The notes under the pieces are model-generated. The model did no database searches and was not told the origin of the DNA. It saw only the letters and a program-made list of their open reading frames with translations. From a virus: a stretch of DNA of 64,000 nt. The stretch is taken from positions 30,823 to 94,822 of the IMG/VR virus record IMGVR_UViG_3300009059_000716; one strand, given 5' to 3'. Below, in pieces: positions 20,022 through 29,473 of this stretch. A program made the position numbers and the translations under genes. Numbering within the stretch: the first letter of the stretch is position 1; every line of letters starts with the position of its first letter.

Positions 20022-20339
20022 ATGGCAGAAAAGAGGGGTGAAATTGAGAAAATTATAAATGATTTCAACACAGCTGGTAGTTTAGAGATAAACCATCCTG
20101 TAGTAGGTTGGCATAGAGTTACAGCTAAAGACTTCAGATCATTTGATGGCGAAAGAAGAATTACCGAGCCTGAATATACCAGACTTAGTACGGTTGAAGT
20201 TCCTATGAAGACAGTAGAGTACTTTGGCCCTGTATACTATTGGGGAACTAATAAAGAAGTACGTCCTACTAATTCAGGAAAGATAATTGATAGCCCTATA
20301 CAGGCAAAGTTAAACAGAATCTCAGGAAGTAAAGGTTAA
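20022..20339 (+). CDS. Hypothetical protein
   Basis: aggttATG start. Confidence 0.7.
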   Translation: MAEKRGEIEKIINDFNTAGSLEINHPVVGWHRVTAKDFRSFDGERRITEPEYTRLSTVEVPMKTVEYFGPVYYWGTNKEVRPTNSGKIIDSPIQAKLNRISGSKG

Positions 20340-20343
20340 TATA

Positions 20344-20637
20344 GTGAAGTTACATTTCGAAAATACACACGAGTTTGAAGTCCTATTCAAAAATAAATCA
20401 ATAGAAGTTACAAATGCTATCTACTTAGGTATTGAAAAAGCAATGCAGGATGGTAAAAAGACTGCTATGTTATTTGAGATTACTTTCGAAGAAGCAGAAA
20501 GAGCATTTGAAATATCTCTTCCCCGATCTCAATGGGTACAGGCATTAGAGTCCTGTCTTAAACATTTTCACGAACTTGAAATGTCAAATGAAGCAATAGA
20601 TTGCTGGAAACTATTAGAAGCAGCAAAAGTCTGGTAA
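20344..20637 (+). CDS. Hypothetical protein
   Basis: GTG start, tight packing. Confidence 0.65.
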   Translation: MKLHFENTHEFEVLFKNKSIEVTNAIYLGIEKAMQDGKKTAMLFEITFEEAERAFEISLPRSQWVQALESCLKHFHELEMSNEAIDCWKLLEAAKVW

Positions 20638-20654
20638 AAATAAAAAGTAAAGTT

Positions 20655-20915
20655 ATGCCAATAAAAAAAGTATCAGTTACAAAGACATCACAGTATTATG
20701 TAGATGGGGAAGGTACAGTAGATAGAGATCGAATAGTTACTCTATCTCATGATTGGACTGAAAGAGACATAACCCTCTTTAAGAAACTAGCCAAACAAGG
20801 CGGTACCTGTAGACTTCAGGGGCTTAAGTATACAATCATACCAGGAGAAAAAATAACAACATCCAAAGGATGGGCGGATGCTGGAGCAGCTCCAATGCCT
20901 GGACCAGAAAATTAA
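20655..20915 (+). CDS. Hypothetical protein
   Basis: agttATG start at 20655 preferred. Confidence 0.65.
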   Translation: MPIKKVSVTKTSQYYVDGEGTVDRDRIVTLSHDWTERDITLFKKLAKQGGTCRLQGLKYTIIPGEKITTSKGWADAGAAPMPGPEN

Positions 20916-20920
20916 TAGTT

Positions 20921-21169
20921 ATGAAAGAACAAGACTTAATTGATCTAGGATTTATAAAGAATGATGTATCAGCAGAAGAATCAGGAGATATTTCATTCTA
21001 CTACTATACTTATGATATTACAGATGAGTTGTGTTTGATATCAAGTGATGATGGAGAGGCTAAAAAAGATGGATGGTCTGTAGAGATGTTTGATTACGAT
21101 GGTATTAAGTTTACTAATGTAGAAGACTTAAAAACTCTTATTGATGTTATAGAAAGGAATAAGTTATGA
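20921..21169 (+). CDS. Acidic hypothetical protein
   Basis: agttATG start at 20921 preferred. Confidence 0.65.
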   Translation: MKEQDLIDLGFIKNDVSAEESGDISFYYYTYDITDELCLISSDDGEAKKDGWSVEMFDYDGIKFTNVEDLKTLIDVIERNKL

Positions 21170-21813
21170 AAAATAGGTTCGAACTAAAAGATACCCGAAC
21201 ATTTGGACAAAAGGTAAAATCCTTTCTTCAATCACTTTTATTTTGGAAAGGTAGAAAGAAAGGAATGATTCACACTCGTAATTTAGAGTGGGGTGATTTT
21301 CGTTATATCTTTTTTCCTAAAAAGTTAGAAAAGTTTGGGTATTTAGGAATCACATTCTACAAAGAAGATAGTCCTTACTTTAAAGCAATCTATCCATTAG
21401 TTCTTGCAATGGATTATGAAGCAAAACCAAAATGGTGTCCAAGATGGTTTCTTCGTTTTCTTCATGTCTTCGGTGATGATAAAAGTTTGGTAAGAGTTAG
21501 AAACCATAAGTTGAGTAATCTACATAGAAGATTAACCAAAGGAATTCAGTTCTGGGATTGGAAAACAAAATGGACTGATTATGACCTTCGTATTTCCATA
21601 AGTGGACCAGAACATCTACAAAATCTTGCTGATAATATAGAACGAGGGTATTATAGTAGAGGTAGACAAAAAGAGTTGGTAGAACAGATTAAAAAATTTG
21701 ACCCGAGTGCAGGTATTATTTGGGGTAGTGTTAGTAGGTTAGAAGAACAACTTGAAGAACTAGAAAATAAAGAAGATGAAAGCAATACTAGAATTTCAAC
21801 TCCCGGAAGATAA
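21166..21813 (+). CDS. Hypothetical protein
   Basis: Coupled ORF, Trp-rich. Confidence 0.7.
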   Translation: MKNRFELKDTRTFGQKVKSFLQSLLFWKGRKKGMIHTRNLEWGDFRYIFFPKKLEKFGYLGITFYKEDSPYFKAIYPLVLAMDYEAKPKWCPRWFLRFLHVFGDDKSLVRVRNHKLSNLHRRLTKGIQFWDWKTKWTDYDLRISISGPEHLQNLADNIERGYYSRGRQKELVEQIKKFDPSAGIIWGSVSRLEEQLEELENKEDESNTRISTPGR

Positions 21814-22009
21814 ACAAGATTTTGATTTCGCAACTCAAGGTTCGGATTGGTGGAATGTTTGTTGGGAAATGGACCAATGGCTCAGAGGAGAAATGAAACA
21901 TCCAGCTGGCGATATGAGCGATGATACTTACGAGGCATTACAAAAATGTAGAGAGAAACTAAGAGAACTGATTGACGATAGTAACCTTAATTTAGATAAC
22001 GTATTATGA
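21776..22009 (+). CDS. Hypothetical protein
   Basis: MKAILEFQLPED N-terminus. Confidence 0.7.
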   Translation: MKAILEFQLPEDKQDFDFATQGSDWWNVCWEMDQWLRGEMKHPAGDMSDDTYEALQKCREKLRELIDDSNLNLDNVL

Positions 22010-22335
22010 GTAAAGTAGAACAAAGAAAGATACTAATTGATATAATGAAAGCAGACGAAGCTTCTGGTCTATATGAAGAGTTAAATTGGAAGCTTGTTAG
22101 AGAAAGAGATGGACTTACTAAAGAATCAGAAAAGGTTCTATGGATTGAATTTAATGAAGATGGTAGATTTAAAGAGAAGTTTGATGAGGTAGCAGTAGGA
22201 AGATCTCTTCTTATGTCTCCATTCAATCAGTTCTTTACATGGCAGACTACTTCTATAACAGAGATAGTAGAGCAGAAAGAGGATTACATTAAATTCAAAA
22301 CACAAAATTCAAACTACGAATTATTTAAGTTATGA
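22006..22335 (+). CDS. Hypothetical protein
   Basis: Coupled ORF. Confidence 0.7.
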   Translation: MSKVEQRKILIDIMKADEASGLYEELNWKLVRERDGLTKESEKVLWIEFNEDGRFKEKFDEVAVGRSLLMSPFNQFFTWQTTSITEIVEQKEDYIKFKTQNSNYELFKL

Positions 22336-22745
22336 AAGCATATAAAATGACAAACCGATATGGAGATAAATTTACATTTACTCCTCAAGAAGACGGAACC
22401 ATATTATGGGAAGGTAATTTTGAATATTGTAGATTTGGTTGGCCTAATGACTACACAAAAGCCTTCTTTGAATATACAAGAGATACCGGAGGAGGTATTT
22501 CATTAGAACAGTTTAGAGAATTAGTTCACGCTTATGATGAGGTAAAAGAATCATATGTATTAGAAGACAATAAATATAGAGAACTTGTTACATCTAATAA
22601 AGCTATTATTAATATGGTAGATCCATCTGGCGGACCATACTTAACTTCCGGAATGGCAGTAGAAAGTATATCTAAAGAATTAACTGATATGGAAATAGAG
22701 AGATTTGAATCGGTTAAAGAGGGTTGGAAAATATATTTAAGATAG
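22332..22745 (+). CDS. Hypothetical protein
   Basis: NRYGD...DPSGGPY. Confidence 0.7.
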   Translation: MKAYKMTNRYGDKFTFTPQEDGTILWEGNFEYCRFGWPNDYTKAFFEYTRDTGGGISLEQFRELVHAYDEVKESYVLEDNKYRELVTSNKAIINMVDPSGGPYLTSGMAVESISKELTDMEIERFESVKEGWKIYLR

Positions 22746-22776
22746 TTGTTTATTTGAATTATTCTTCTTATATTAA
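22745..22776 (+). promoter_or_regulatory. Phage early promoter cassette
   Basis: GTTG-N20-TATATTAA-GGTATAATTAAAA. Confidence 0.75.
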
Positions 22777-22805
22777 GGTATAATTAAAAAATGATAATAA
22801 AGGTT

Positions 22806-24023
22806 ATGAAAAAAATTATTTTAAGTCTAAGCATTCTTTTTATAGTTAGCTGTACAAAAGATTCATTTACAGATACTGAACTTGAAAAAGTAATTGACAC
22901 AGTACCTATCGCAGATAACCCATTTAGTGTAACCTATACACCCGATTATACGAAACCTTCTTACTATACCAGATTGCCATTTCCAGAAAATGTAAAAAAT
23001 GGTACATATAGAGAGTTTAGCAATTGGCACCCTCCTCTAGAAGCTGTAGTTTTAGACTACGATAAAGATGGTTACTTAGACATTATAGACAATCAATCAG
23101 ACTACGGGGTATTTAGAAGAAACAGTATACTATTTCTAAAAGGTAATTCTTCTGGTAAGTTAGATATTGATAGGGAGAACTCATATAAACATACTGGTCT
23201 CATTCATGGGCGGAAAGGTCTTGTAGGTGATTACAATGGAGATGGATGGCCAGATGTATTTTTTATTGGACATGGATACGATGTAGTAGACGGAAATCCA
23301 AGAGATGAATACCCCATAATGCTCCTTAATAATCAGGGGAAAGATTTTGAATATAGAGCTTTTGAATCAGTAGTTGGTTTTTTTCATACGGGTGCTAGTG
23401 GAGATATAGATAACGATGGAGATTTAGATATACTAGTAATTGACGGTACTAAAGGAGTTAGTAATTCTTATATCTTTATCAACGACGGAAGTGGTAACTT
23501 TGAAAAGAAAACTTTAGATCAATATTCGTCTATACCTAATAATCTCTATGATTCATTTTTCCAAAAATGGACTGTGGAACTAAAAGATATAGACAACAAC
23601 GGGTACTTAGATATTATAATAGCTGGTGCACCGGATATGTATGATAGTACACCGCCTACTATAATGTTGAATTCTGCAAATGGATTTACCAGTAAAATTG
23701 AACTACCAAGAGAACCTGTATATAAATTAGTTGTAGATATAGACTTTTATGATTTTGATGGTGACGGGATAGATGAGTTAATACTAAACAGAACACCTTT
23801 AAATTATATATCTTATAAAGTTACTATTCATAGTTTAACTAGTGACGAGTACTTAACCACTACCTACTTCAATAACAGTGAGTATACAGGTCAGACTTCA
23901 GATAAATGGATGTATTGGATTTCTATCATTGAAAAAGATGGGGAACTATATTTAAAGGGAGACGATATGTATACTCCACATGAATGGATTTTTGAAGATG
24001 GAAAGTTTAAAAAAATAAAATAA
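22806..24023 (+). CDS. FG-GAP/VCBS-repeat beta-propeller lipoprotein
   Basis: aaggttATG at 22806; MKKIILSLSILFIVS-C lipoprotein signal; DYDKDGYLD, DYNGDGWPD, DIDNDGDLD, DIDNNGYLD, DFDGDGIDE repeats. Confidence 0.85.
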   Translation: MKKIILSLSILFIVSCTKDSFTDTELEKVIDTVPIADNPFSVTYTPDYTKPSYYTRLPFPENVKNGTYREFSNWHPPLEAVVLDYDKDGYLDIIDNQSDYGVFRRNSILFLKGNSSGKLDIDRENSYKHTGLIHGRKGLVGDYNGDGWPDVFFIGHGYDVVDGNPRDEYPIMLLNNQGKDFEYRAFESVVGFFHTGASGDIDNDGDLDILVIDGTKGVSNSYIFINDGSGNFEKKTLDQYSSIPNNLYDSFFQKWTVELKDIDNNGYLDIIIAGAPDMYDSTPPTIMLNSANGFTSKIELPREPVYKLVVDIDFYDFDGDGIDELILNRTPLNYISYKVTIHSLTSDEYLTTTYFNNSEYTGQTSDKWMYWISIIEKDGELYLKGDDMYTPHEWIFEDGKFKKIK

Positions 24024-24422
24024 ATGATAAAAGGAGTAATTGCCGGAAACTTTGACGTAATGCATCCAGGCTACATAAAGATGTTTAAAGAAGCAGCAGC
24101 AAATTGCGACTGTTTAGTAGTCTTACTTCATACTGACCCTTCTATTGAACGCCCACATAAGCTTAAACCTATTCTATCTATAGAAGAACGTAAAGAGATG
24201 TTGTTTGAATTAAAATCAATATGTGGCATACTTACGTATACTTATGAAGAACAGCTCTTAGACTTACTAAAAATGGGGGAGTTTGATGTAAGGTTCCTTG
24301 GAGATGATTATAAAGGTAAGCCTTTTACTGGAGACTATCTAAACATTCCTATTTATTATTTGAATAGGGATCACGGGTGGTCTACTACAAAGTTTAAAAA
24401 AATGATAGCTAAAACTGTATGA
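24024..24422 (+). CDS. Cytidylyltransferase-like (TagD/HIGH family) nucleotidyltransferase
   Basis: GNFDVMHPGY, ERKEML, LGDDY, WSTT. Confidence 0.85.
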   Translation: MIKGVIAGNFDVMHPGYIKMFKEAAANCDCLVVLLHTDPSIERPHKLKPILSIEERKEMLFELKSICGILTYTYEEQLLDLLKMGEFDVRFLGDDYKGKPFTGDYLNIPIYYLNRDHGWSTTKFKKMIAKTV

Positions 24423-24608
24423 TAATACAGGAAAAGATTTTAACCCCTCACCTAGCTACAGAAGTTACTTCCGGAAAACGTTTAGTACTCGTATAATGTT
24501 CTTAAGACAAGAAAACTTACAAATTAAAAGTGGATTAATTTGAATCTTCTTATTAGATTACAAAACATACCTATATTTATATTAAATAAAGCTTTATAAC
24601 TTATAATC

Positions 24609-26813
24609 ATGAAAGGAACCCTTTTTTCAACAGATTTTGTTAAAGACTCTAATGGAAACTTAAGATTGCTTGAAATCAATACAGATACTGCTATTGTTTC
24701 TTCTGCAATCAAACAATTAGACTTTACAGGATTTAAACAAGTATTAGAAAGTAATTCTATTACAAAAGTAAAGACAATCCATAAACTATATCAAGAAGAT
24801 ATCGTAGAAGCATTAAAAGCATACTTAGATGCAAATGTACCTTCAGTAAACTCTTTTGAAAGTATAGTTGAAGATAGCAACACTATTTATCCTACATCTG
24901 TAGAAGATGCAGCAGATACCTTTATCTTAAGGTTAGCTTATGATGAAGCTGCATTATTAGATAGTGAATATGCTAAAAACACACACAATATTCTAAAACT
25001 ATTCAGCGACAATGGGCAAATTAGTTCAACAGTTGGGTATTATTATGCTGGAGGCGGTAGTATAGAAGACCACCTTACAAGAGATTTTAATGCTGAAAAC
25101 GTTCCTGATATTTTAGTTAAAAACTTGAACACTACTTTAGGAGAGCCGATTGAGTTCTTTAAAATAGGTCAATCAAGTAAGACAGCTGAAGATAGATTTG
25201 CTGATGTATTCGATATGTTAGATGATACTAAAATTGCTATGAACTTCTACAACGATGAAGCAGCAGCAAAAGTAGAATCTTTTAGAACATTACACATAGT
25301 ATACGGAAGCGACCTAAACGTTATCGATGTAGCAGGATTTAAATCTTCAGCTATATTAGATAAACCAGCTTCTCTATCAGTAGTAGATGAAGATATAGTA
25401 ACGAAAGTAGATGTAAAGCACTACCATGAATTAACTACTACATTACCTAGATTTGGAGTAGGTTCTAACTACGGAGGTATCTTTGAAGAAGAGTTTATTG
25501 TAAAAGCAGACGGTACGTTAGTACCTATTAAAGACGCTACAGTAGGAGATTCCTTTAAATCATACTTTATTTCAGGTTCACCCGATACAGACATTGAATC
25601 AGAATATCTAGCATGGACTTACCCAGGATCTGAATTACCTAGTGGTTCTTACGCTACAACTTCTACTTTAGTAAACAACTTAGAAGTAGGTTTATTCTAT
25701 AATATGATCTTCCACGTAACTTTACAAGACGGAAGTGATTTTAGAGCAACAGGAAACTCTCACGTATTAGTTTACGATGTACAGGCAGACTTATTAAAGT
25801 ATGTTGCAGTAAACTATCTATCATCAGATAAACATAAATTAATATCTGCAGGAAATGGATTAGTAGATATTACAGGAGTTGTTTGTGAGATATTAGATGG
25901 GGAGTATTCTTCTCATATTCTAGATATGGAAATAGCCGATACATTCTTCATCGGTGATGGACAATTAAGCGTTAAGATTGTTGCCCACAACTGCTTCCCA
26001 GCTGGTACTAAAATTACAATGGCTGATGGTTCAGTCAAAAACATTGAAGACGTTAAGGCAGGAGATAAACTATTAACTATCAACGAAAATACTTTAGAAC
26101 AATCAGAAGGTAGAGTTGGAGATGTATTAGTTAAGAAAGATAGATTGTTATTCGAATTCAAATTAGAAGACGGAGGAGTAATCAAATCTACATCTCATCA
26201 CAGATATTTCGTAAAAGAAAAGTCATGGTTAACTGCTCAAGATATTCAAGTAGGAGACGTATTAGTTAGATCAAACGGAGATGATGTCAAAGTAGAATCA
26301 ATTGAACAGCACGAAGGTGAGTTTGAAGTATTCCATATTATTGATGTAAAAGATAACCATACTTACTACGCAGAAGATATTTTAGTTCATAACTATAAAG
26401 CTTGTTTCATCGCTGGAACAGAGATTACTTTAGCGAATGGAGATGTTAAAAATATCGAAGATGTAGCAGTAGGAGAAGAAGTTCTTACTTACAACGAAGA
26501 TAAAAAAGAAACAGAAGCAGGAGTAGTAGGAGACTTGAAGAAACATGAAGTTCAATCTGTAATCAGATTAACTCTTGATAATGAGAATGTAATCGTAACA
26601 ACTGAAGAACATCCTTTCTATGTAGTAGATGCAGGATGGGTAAAAGCAGGAGAATTACAACCATTAGATGTTTGTTTAAAAGAAGACGGTAAAGAATCTC
26701 TAATCTCTTCAGTAGAGGTATTAGAAGAGAAACATGAAGTATTTAACTTACTAAGCGTTTCTGAAAACCATAACTTCTTCGCTAACGGAATATTAGTTCA
26801 CAATAAAAAATAA
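24609..26813 (+). CDS. Circularly permuted ATP-grasp-like domain fused to three tandem Hint (intein-like) domains
   Basis: N-terminal DFVKDSNGNLRLLEINTDT; Hint1 aa290-461 (Gly at position 1, ends VAHN), Hint2 aa462-595 (CFPAGT..TSHH..LVHN), spacer YKA, Hint3 aa599-732 (CFIAGT..TEEHPF..LVHN), then KK-stop. Confidence 0.8.
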   Translation: MKGTLFSTDFVKDSNGNLRLLEINTDTAIVSSAIKQLDFTGFKQVLESNSITKVKTIHKLYQEDIVEALKAYLDANVPSVNSFESIVEDSNTIYPTSVEDAADTFILRLAYDEAALLDSEYAKNTHNILKLFSDNGQISSTVGYYYAGGGSIEDHLTRDFNAENVPDILVKNLNTTLGEPIEFFKIGQSSKTAEDRFADVFDMLDDTKIAMNFYNDEAAAKVESFRTLHIVYGSDLNVIDVAGFKSSAILDKPASLSVVDEDIVTKVDVKHYHELTTTLPRFGVGSNYGGIFEEEFIVKADGTLVPIKDATVGDSFKSYFISGSPDTDIESEYLAWTYPGSELPSGSYATTSTLVNNLEVGLFYNMIFHVTLQDGSDFRATGNSHVLVYDVQADLLKYVAVNYLSSDKHKLISAGNGLVDITGVVCEILDGEYSSHILDMEIADTFFIGDGQLSVKIVAHNCFPAGTKITMADGSVKNIEDVKAGDKLLTINENTLEQSEGRVGDVLVKKDRLLFEFKLEDGGVIKSTSHHRYFVKEKSWLTAQDIQVGDVLVRSNGDDVKVESIEQHEGEFEVFHIIDVKDNHTYYAEDILVHNYKACFIAGTEITLANGDVKNIEDVAVGEEVLTYNEDKKETEAGVVGDLKKHEVQSVIRLTLDNENVIVTTEEHPFYVVDAGWVKAGELQPLDVCLKEDGKESLISSVEVLEEKHEVFNLLSVSENHNFFANGILVHNKK

Positions 26814-26818
26814 GAATC

Positions 26819-26959
26819 ATGCCAGTAGTATATAAATCATTTGATTACCAAACAGAAGCAAGAGACAAAGCAGTAGAAGCAGCAGATGTAACTACAAAAC
26901 AGCAAATGAATGACATCGTTGCAAGCTTTGTAAATTTATTTAAAGCTAAACACCTATAG
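26819..26959 (+). CDS. 46-aa small protein (not in ORF track)
   Basis: MPVVYKSFDYQTEARDKAVEAADVTTKQQMNDIVASFVNLFKAKHL; fills the gap between Hint gene and oxygenases. Confidence 0.7.
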   Translation: MPVVYKSFDYQTEARDKAVEAADVTTKQQMNDIVASFVNLFKAKHL

Positions 26960-26973
26960 TATACAGCTTTAAA

Positions 26974-27501
26974 ATGGTTACTGAAAAAACGTTATTCTCA
27001 CAACAAGATTGCGAATACATTAAATCATTTTATGATGTAGCAATTGAGAAGAACGAAAAAGGTTTCAAAATAAACTCAGACAAATACCCACAAGGTATAG
27101 CAATAAAAGACGGTTCAGCAGTATCATGGAATGAAATCCAAAACGATACTCTGGACCGTTTCTTGTTAAGTAAGCTTATAGAGTTAGAAATAACTTCACT
27201 CCCTTATCTTAAGCTAATGAAGTACGGAGTCGGAAATGAAATGAAACCTCATAGAGATTTTCAGGCATATGATACAAGTACAATCTATAGATCAACAACA
27301 ATACAGCTAACCAGTCCGGAAGATTATAAAGGAGGAGAGTTATATGTAGAAGGAGTAAAAGCTAGTAATATACAAGGAACTGCAATTATGTTTAACCCCT
27401 ATCAAACACATTGGGTTACAGAGATTACTGAAGGAGAAAGATGGGTTATAGTAGCTTTTTTAGAAGAGTTTCATTTTAATACTAAGAAAAGTTTATTATG
27501 A
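26974..27501 (+). CDS. 2OG-Fe(II) oxygenase
   Basis: HRD..YKGGEL..HWV..GER; ends KKSLL. Confidence 0.9.
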   Translation: MVTEKTLFSQQDCEYIKSFYDVAIEKNEKGFKINSDKYPQGIAIKDGSAVSWNEIQNDTLDRFLLSKLIELEITSLPYLKLMKYGVGNEMKPHRDFQAYDTSTIYRSTTIQLTSPEDYKGGELYVEGVKASNIQGTAIMFNPYQTHWVTEITEGERWVIVAFLEEFHFNTKKSLL

Positions 27502-28007
27502 TTGATCAAAAAGTATTATTTACAGCAGAAGAATGTGAGTGGTTGAAATCCGCACAATCAACTATATACCCACCAGTAGAAGATACTAAATGGTGGGAGT
27601 CACATCGTATAAATTATAGATTTAAAAATATACAAGAAAGAGAAGTATTTGAACAGTCACGTTTAGATTTTGTTGCTAGTAGAGTTAAACAATTAGGAGT
27701 GAAATCTGTTCCTACATATAAAATTATACATTACGGTAAAGGTGGATTCTTCGCCCCTCACATAGATTCAGGGAGAAACCATCCAATTAGAAGAAAAACA
27801 TTATTAGTGCAGCTATCCTCTAAAGAAGATTATTCTGGAGGTGATATGTATGTTAAGGGTGTACTTTTTGAAAAGACAATAGGCAATACAATATTATTTG
27901 ATTCGTCATTAACTCATGAACTAAAATTAATAGAAGGAGGAAATAGATTAGTTATGGTCACATGGTTATCTATTTATAACCTTGAGAATCCTAAAACTTT
28001 ACTATGA
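27498..28007 (+). CDS. 2OG-Fe(II) oxygenase
   Basis: HID..YSGGD..HEL..GNR; ends PKTLL. Confidence 0.9.
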   Translation: MIDQKVLFTAEECEWLKSAQSTIYPPVEDTKWWESHRINYRFKNIQEREVFEQSRLDFVASRVKQLGVKSVPTYKIIHYGKGGFFAPHIDSGRNHPIRRKTLLVQLSSKEDYSGGDMYVKGVLFEKTIGNTILFDSSLTHELKLIEGGNRLVMVTWLSIYNLENPKTLL

Positions 28008-28528
28008 TAACAGTTAAACATAACGTACTGTCGGATAGAGAGGTAAACAAGCTACTCACTTTATGGTATGATACAAAACCTAACCATATTATAACAGACG
28101 GCTATAAGTATAATATTGAAGCAGTAGAGATTTTAGACTACATAGATAAATTAAAACTTTCGTATTCTTTTCCAAAAGAACACTATAGGGACTTTATACT
28201 ACAGACAATAGATGAAACACATAGCAAAGCTCCTAATCATGACAAATATCACCGACATGAAAATGAATGGACATATGTTATGTACTTAAATGATAACTAT
28301 CAAGGAGGAGAAATAGAGTTTACTAATGGAACTATCATTAAACCACAAGTAGGAGATGTTATATACTTTTCACCTGAAGAAGGACATAGAGTTAAACCCC
28401 CATATGATTTTACCGAACAGTATTTTAAACACAACGGTAAGAGTATTCTTATGAATAAAAGATGGTCACTTGTCGGATTCATGAATTCTGACATTATAAA
28501 CGAGAATAAAAAAACATGCTTAATTTAA
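28004..28528 (+). CDS. 2OG-Fe(II) oxygenase
   Basis: HRHE..YLNDNYQGGE..HRV..R; ends KKTCLI. Confidence 0.85.
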   Translation: MITVKHNVLSDREVNKLLTLWYDTKPNHIITDGYKYNIEAVEILDYIDKLKLSYSFPKEHYRDFILQTIDETHSKAPNHDKYHRHENEWTYVMYLNDNYQGGEIEFTNGTIIKPQVGDVIYFSPEEGHRVKPPYDFTEQYFKHNGKSILMNKRWSLVGFMNSDIINENKKTCLI

Positions 28529-29220
28529 TTTATACCTATTCAATCAAACTTAGCGGTAACAGTATAGAAAAATACGTTAAACTCCTAAATAAAGCATACC
28601 TACATAACAGTAAGTACCATTCTATAGTACTATATACCGATAGGGAGACATTACCGTATGTAGAAGATATTTTTCCGGAGATAAGATTAGTAGAAATAGA
28701 CAATCTTCAATTTATGGATGATATAAAAATGAAGATTATAGATAAACTTGAAAGCAATAGTATACTTACAGATTACGATATCTTTTTAAACTCACCTTTA
28801 ATACTTCCAGACAATTTTGATGTGTATGTAGATAGAAGAGGTAAGGTAAAAGAGTTAGTACTGTACAGCCATTTGTTTGAACATTTAAGACATGAAGGTT
28901 ATGGTATTTTTACTAAAGATGTAAATACCTATTTGAATGTAGGTATATTAAAAATCAACAGTGAACATAAAATAAAAGCTATTAAAGACGCATATTACGC
29001 TTTAAGAAATTGGTATGTGGATAATAAAATAGAAGAAAGAACTCAATTTACATACCATACAGGAGTATGCCCTTCTATAGCAGCTTTACAGTACAATTTA
29101 GATAAAATAGCTACTATAAGTAACTGGAAAGTATGTGAGATGAAAAAATACAACAACTACCATCATTTAGTTGGAGAAGATAAATTTAAAGAAATAAGCA
29201 CAAAAAATACTGTGATTTAG
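28516..29220 (+). CDS. DxD nucleotide-diphospho-sugar transferase-like protein (DUF6734-like)
   Basis: VLYTD, K, TDYD, NVGI, YHHLVG; ends KNTVI. Confidence 0.6.
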   Translation: MLNLIYTYSIKLSGNSIEKYVKLLNKAYLHNSKYHSIVLYTDRETLPYVEDIFPEIRLVEIDNLQFMDDIKMKIIDKLESNSILTDYDIFLNSPLILPDNFDVYVDRRGKVKELVLYSHLFEHLRHEGYGIFTKDVNTYLNVGILKINSEHKIKAIKDAYYALRNWYVDNKIEERTQFTYHTGVCPSIAALQYNLDKIATISNWKVCEMKKYNNYHHLVGEDKFKEISTKNTVI

Positions 29221-29251
29221 TTGTCAAAACAGTATATTTTTCATATATTTA
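29220..29251 (+). promoter_or_regulatory. Bacteroidota-like phage promoter
   Basis: GTTG-N20-TATATTTA. Confidence 0.6.
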
Positions 29252-29280
29252 GATATATTAATCTATTAAAGACAAATGTT

Positions 29281-29469
29281 ATGAACAAATTATTTTTTGT
29301 ACCTTCAACCAAAATTAACGCAAGAATTGCCGACACTGTTGTTACAGGACAGCATATTACAGTAGAAGGGTTAACTTACCAAATGGTATCAAAAAGACCA
29401 CTTGGAAGAAGAGTACTAAGACGTCTAATTAACGAATCTACAAATACAAAAATTGTAATCTATTCATAA
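29281..29469 (+). CDS. 62-aa hypothetical protein
   Basis: gttATG at 29281; the TTG at 29221 lies inside the promoter. Confidence 0.6.
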   Translation: MNKLFFVPSTKINARIADTVVTGQHITVEGLTYQMVSKRPLGRRVLRRLINESTNTKIVIYS

Positions 29470-29473
29470 CCAA

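Noticed and set aside
25992-26804. Classical selfish inteins
   Set aside because: No homing endonuclease, no interrupted host enzyme, and +1 residues are Tyr and Lys
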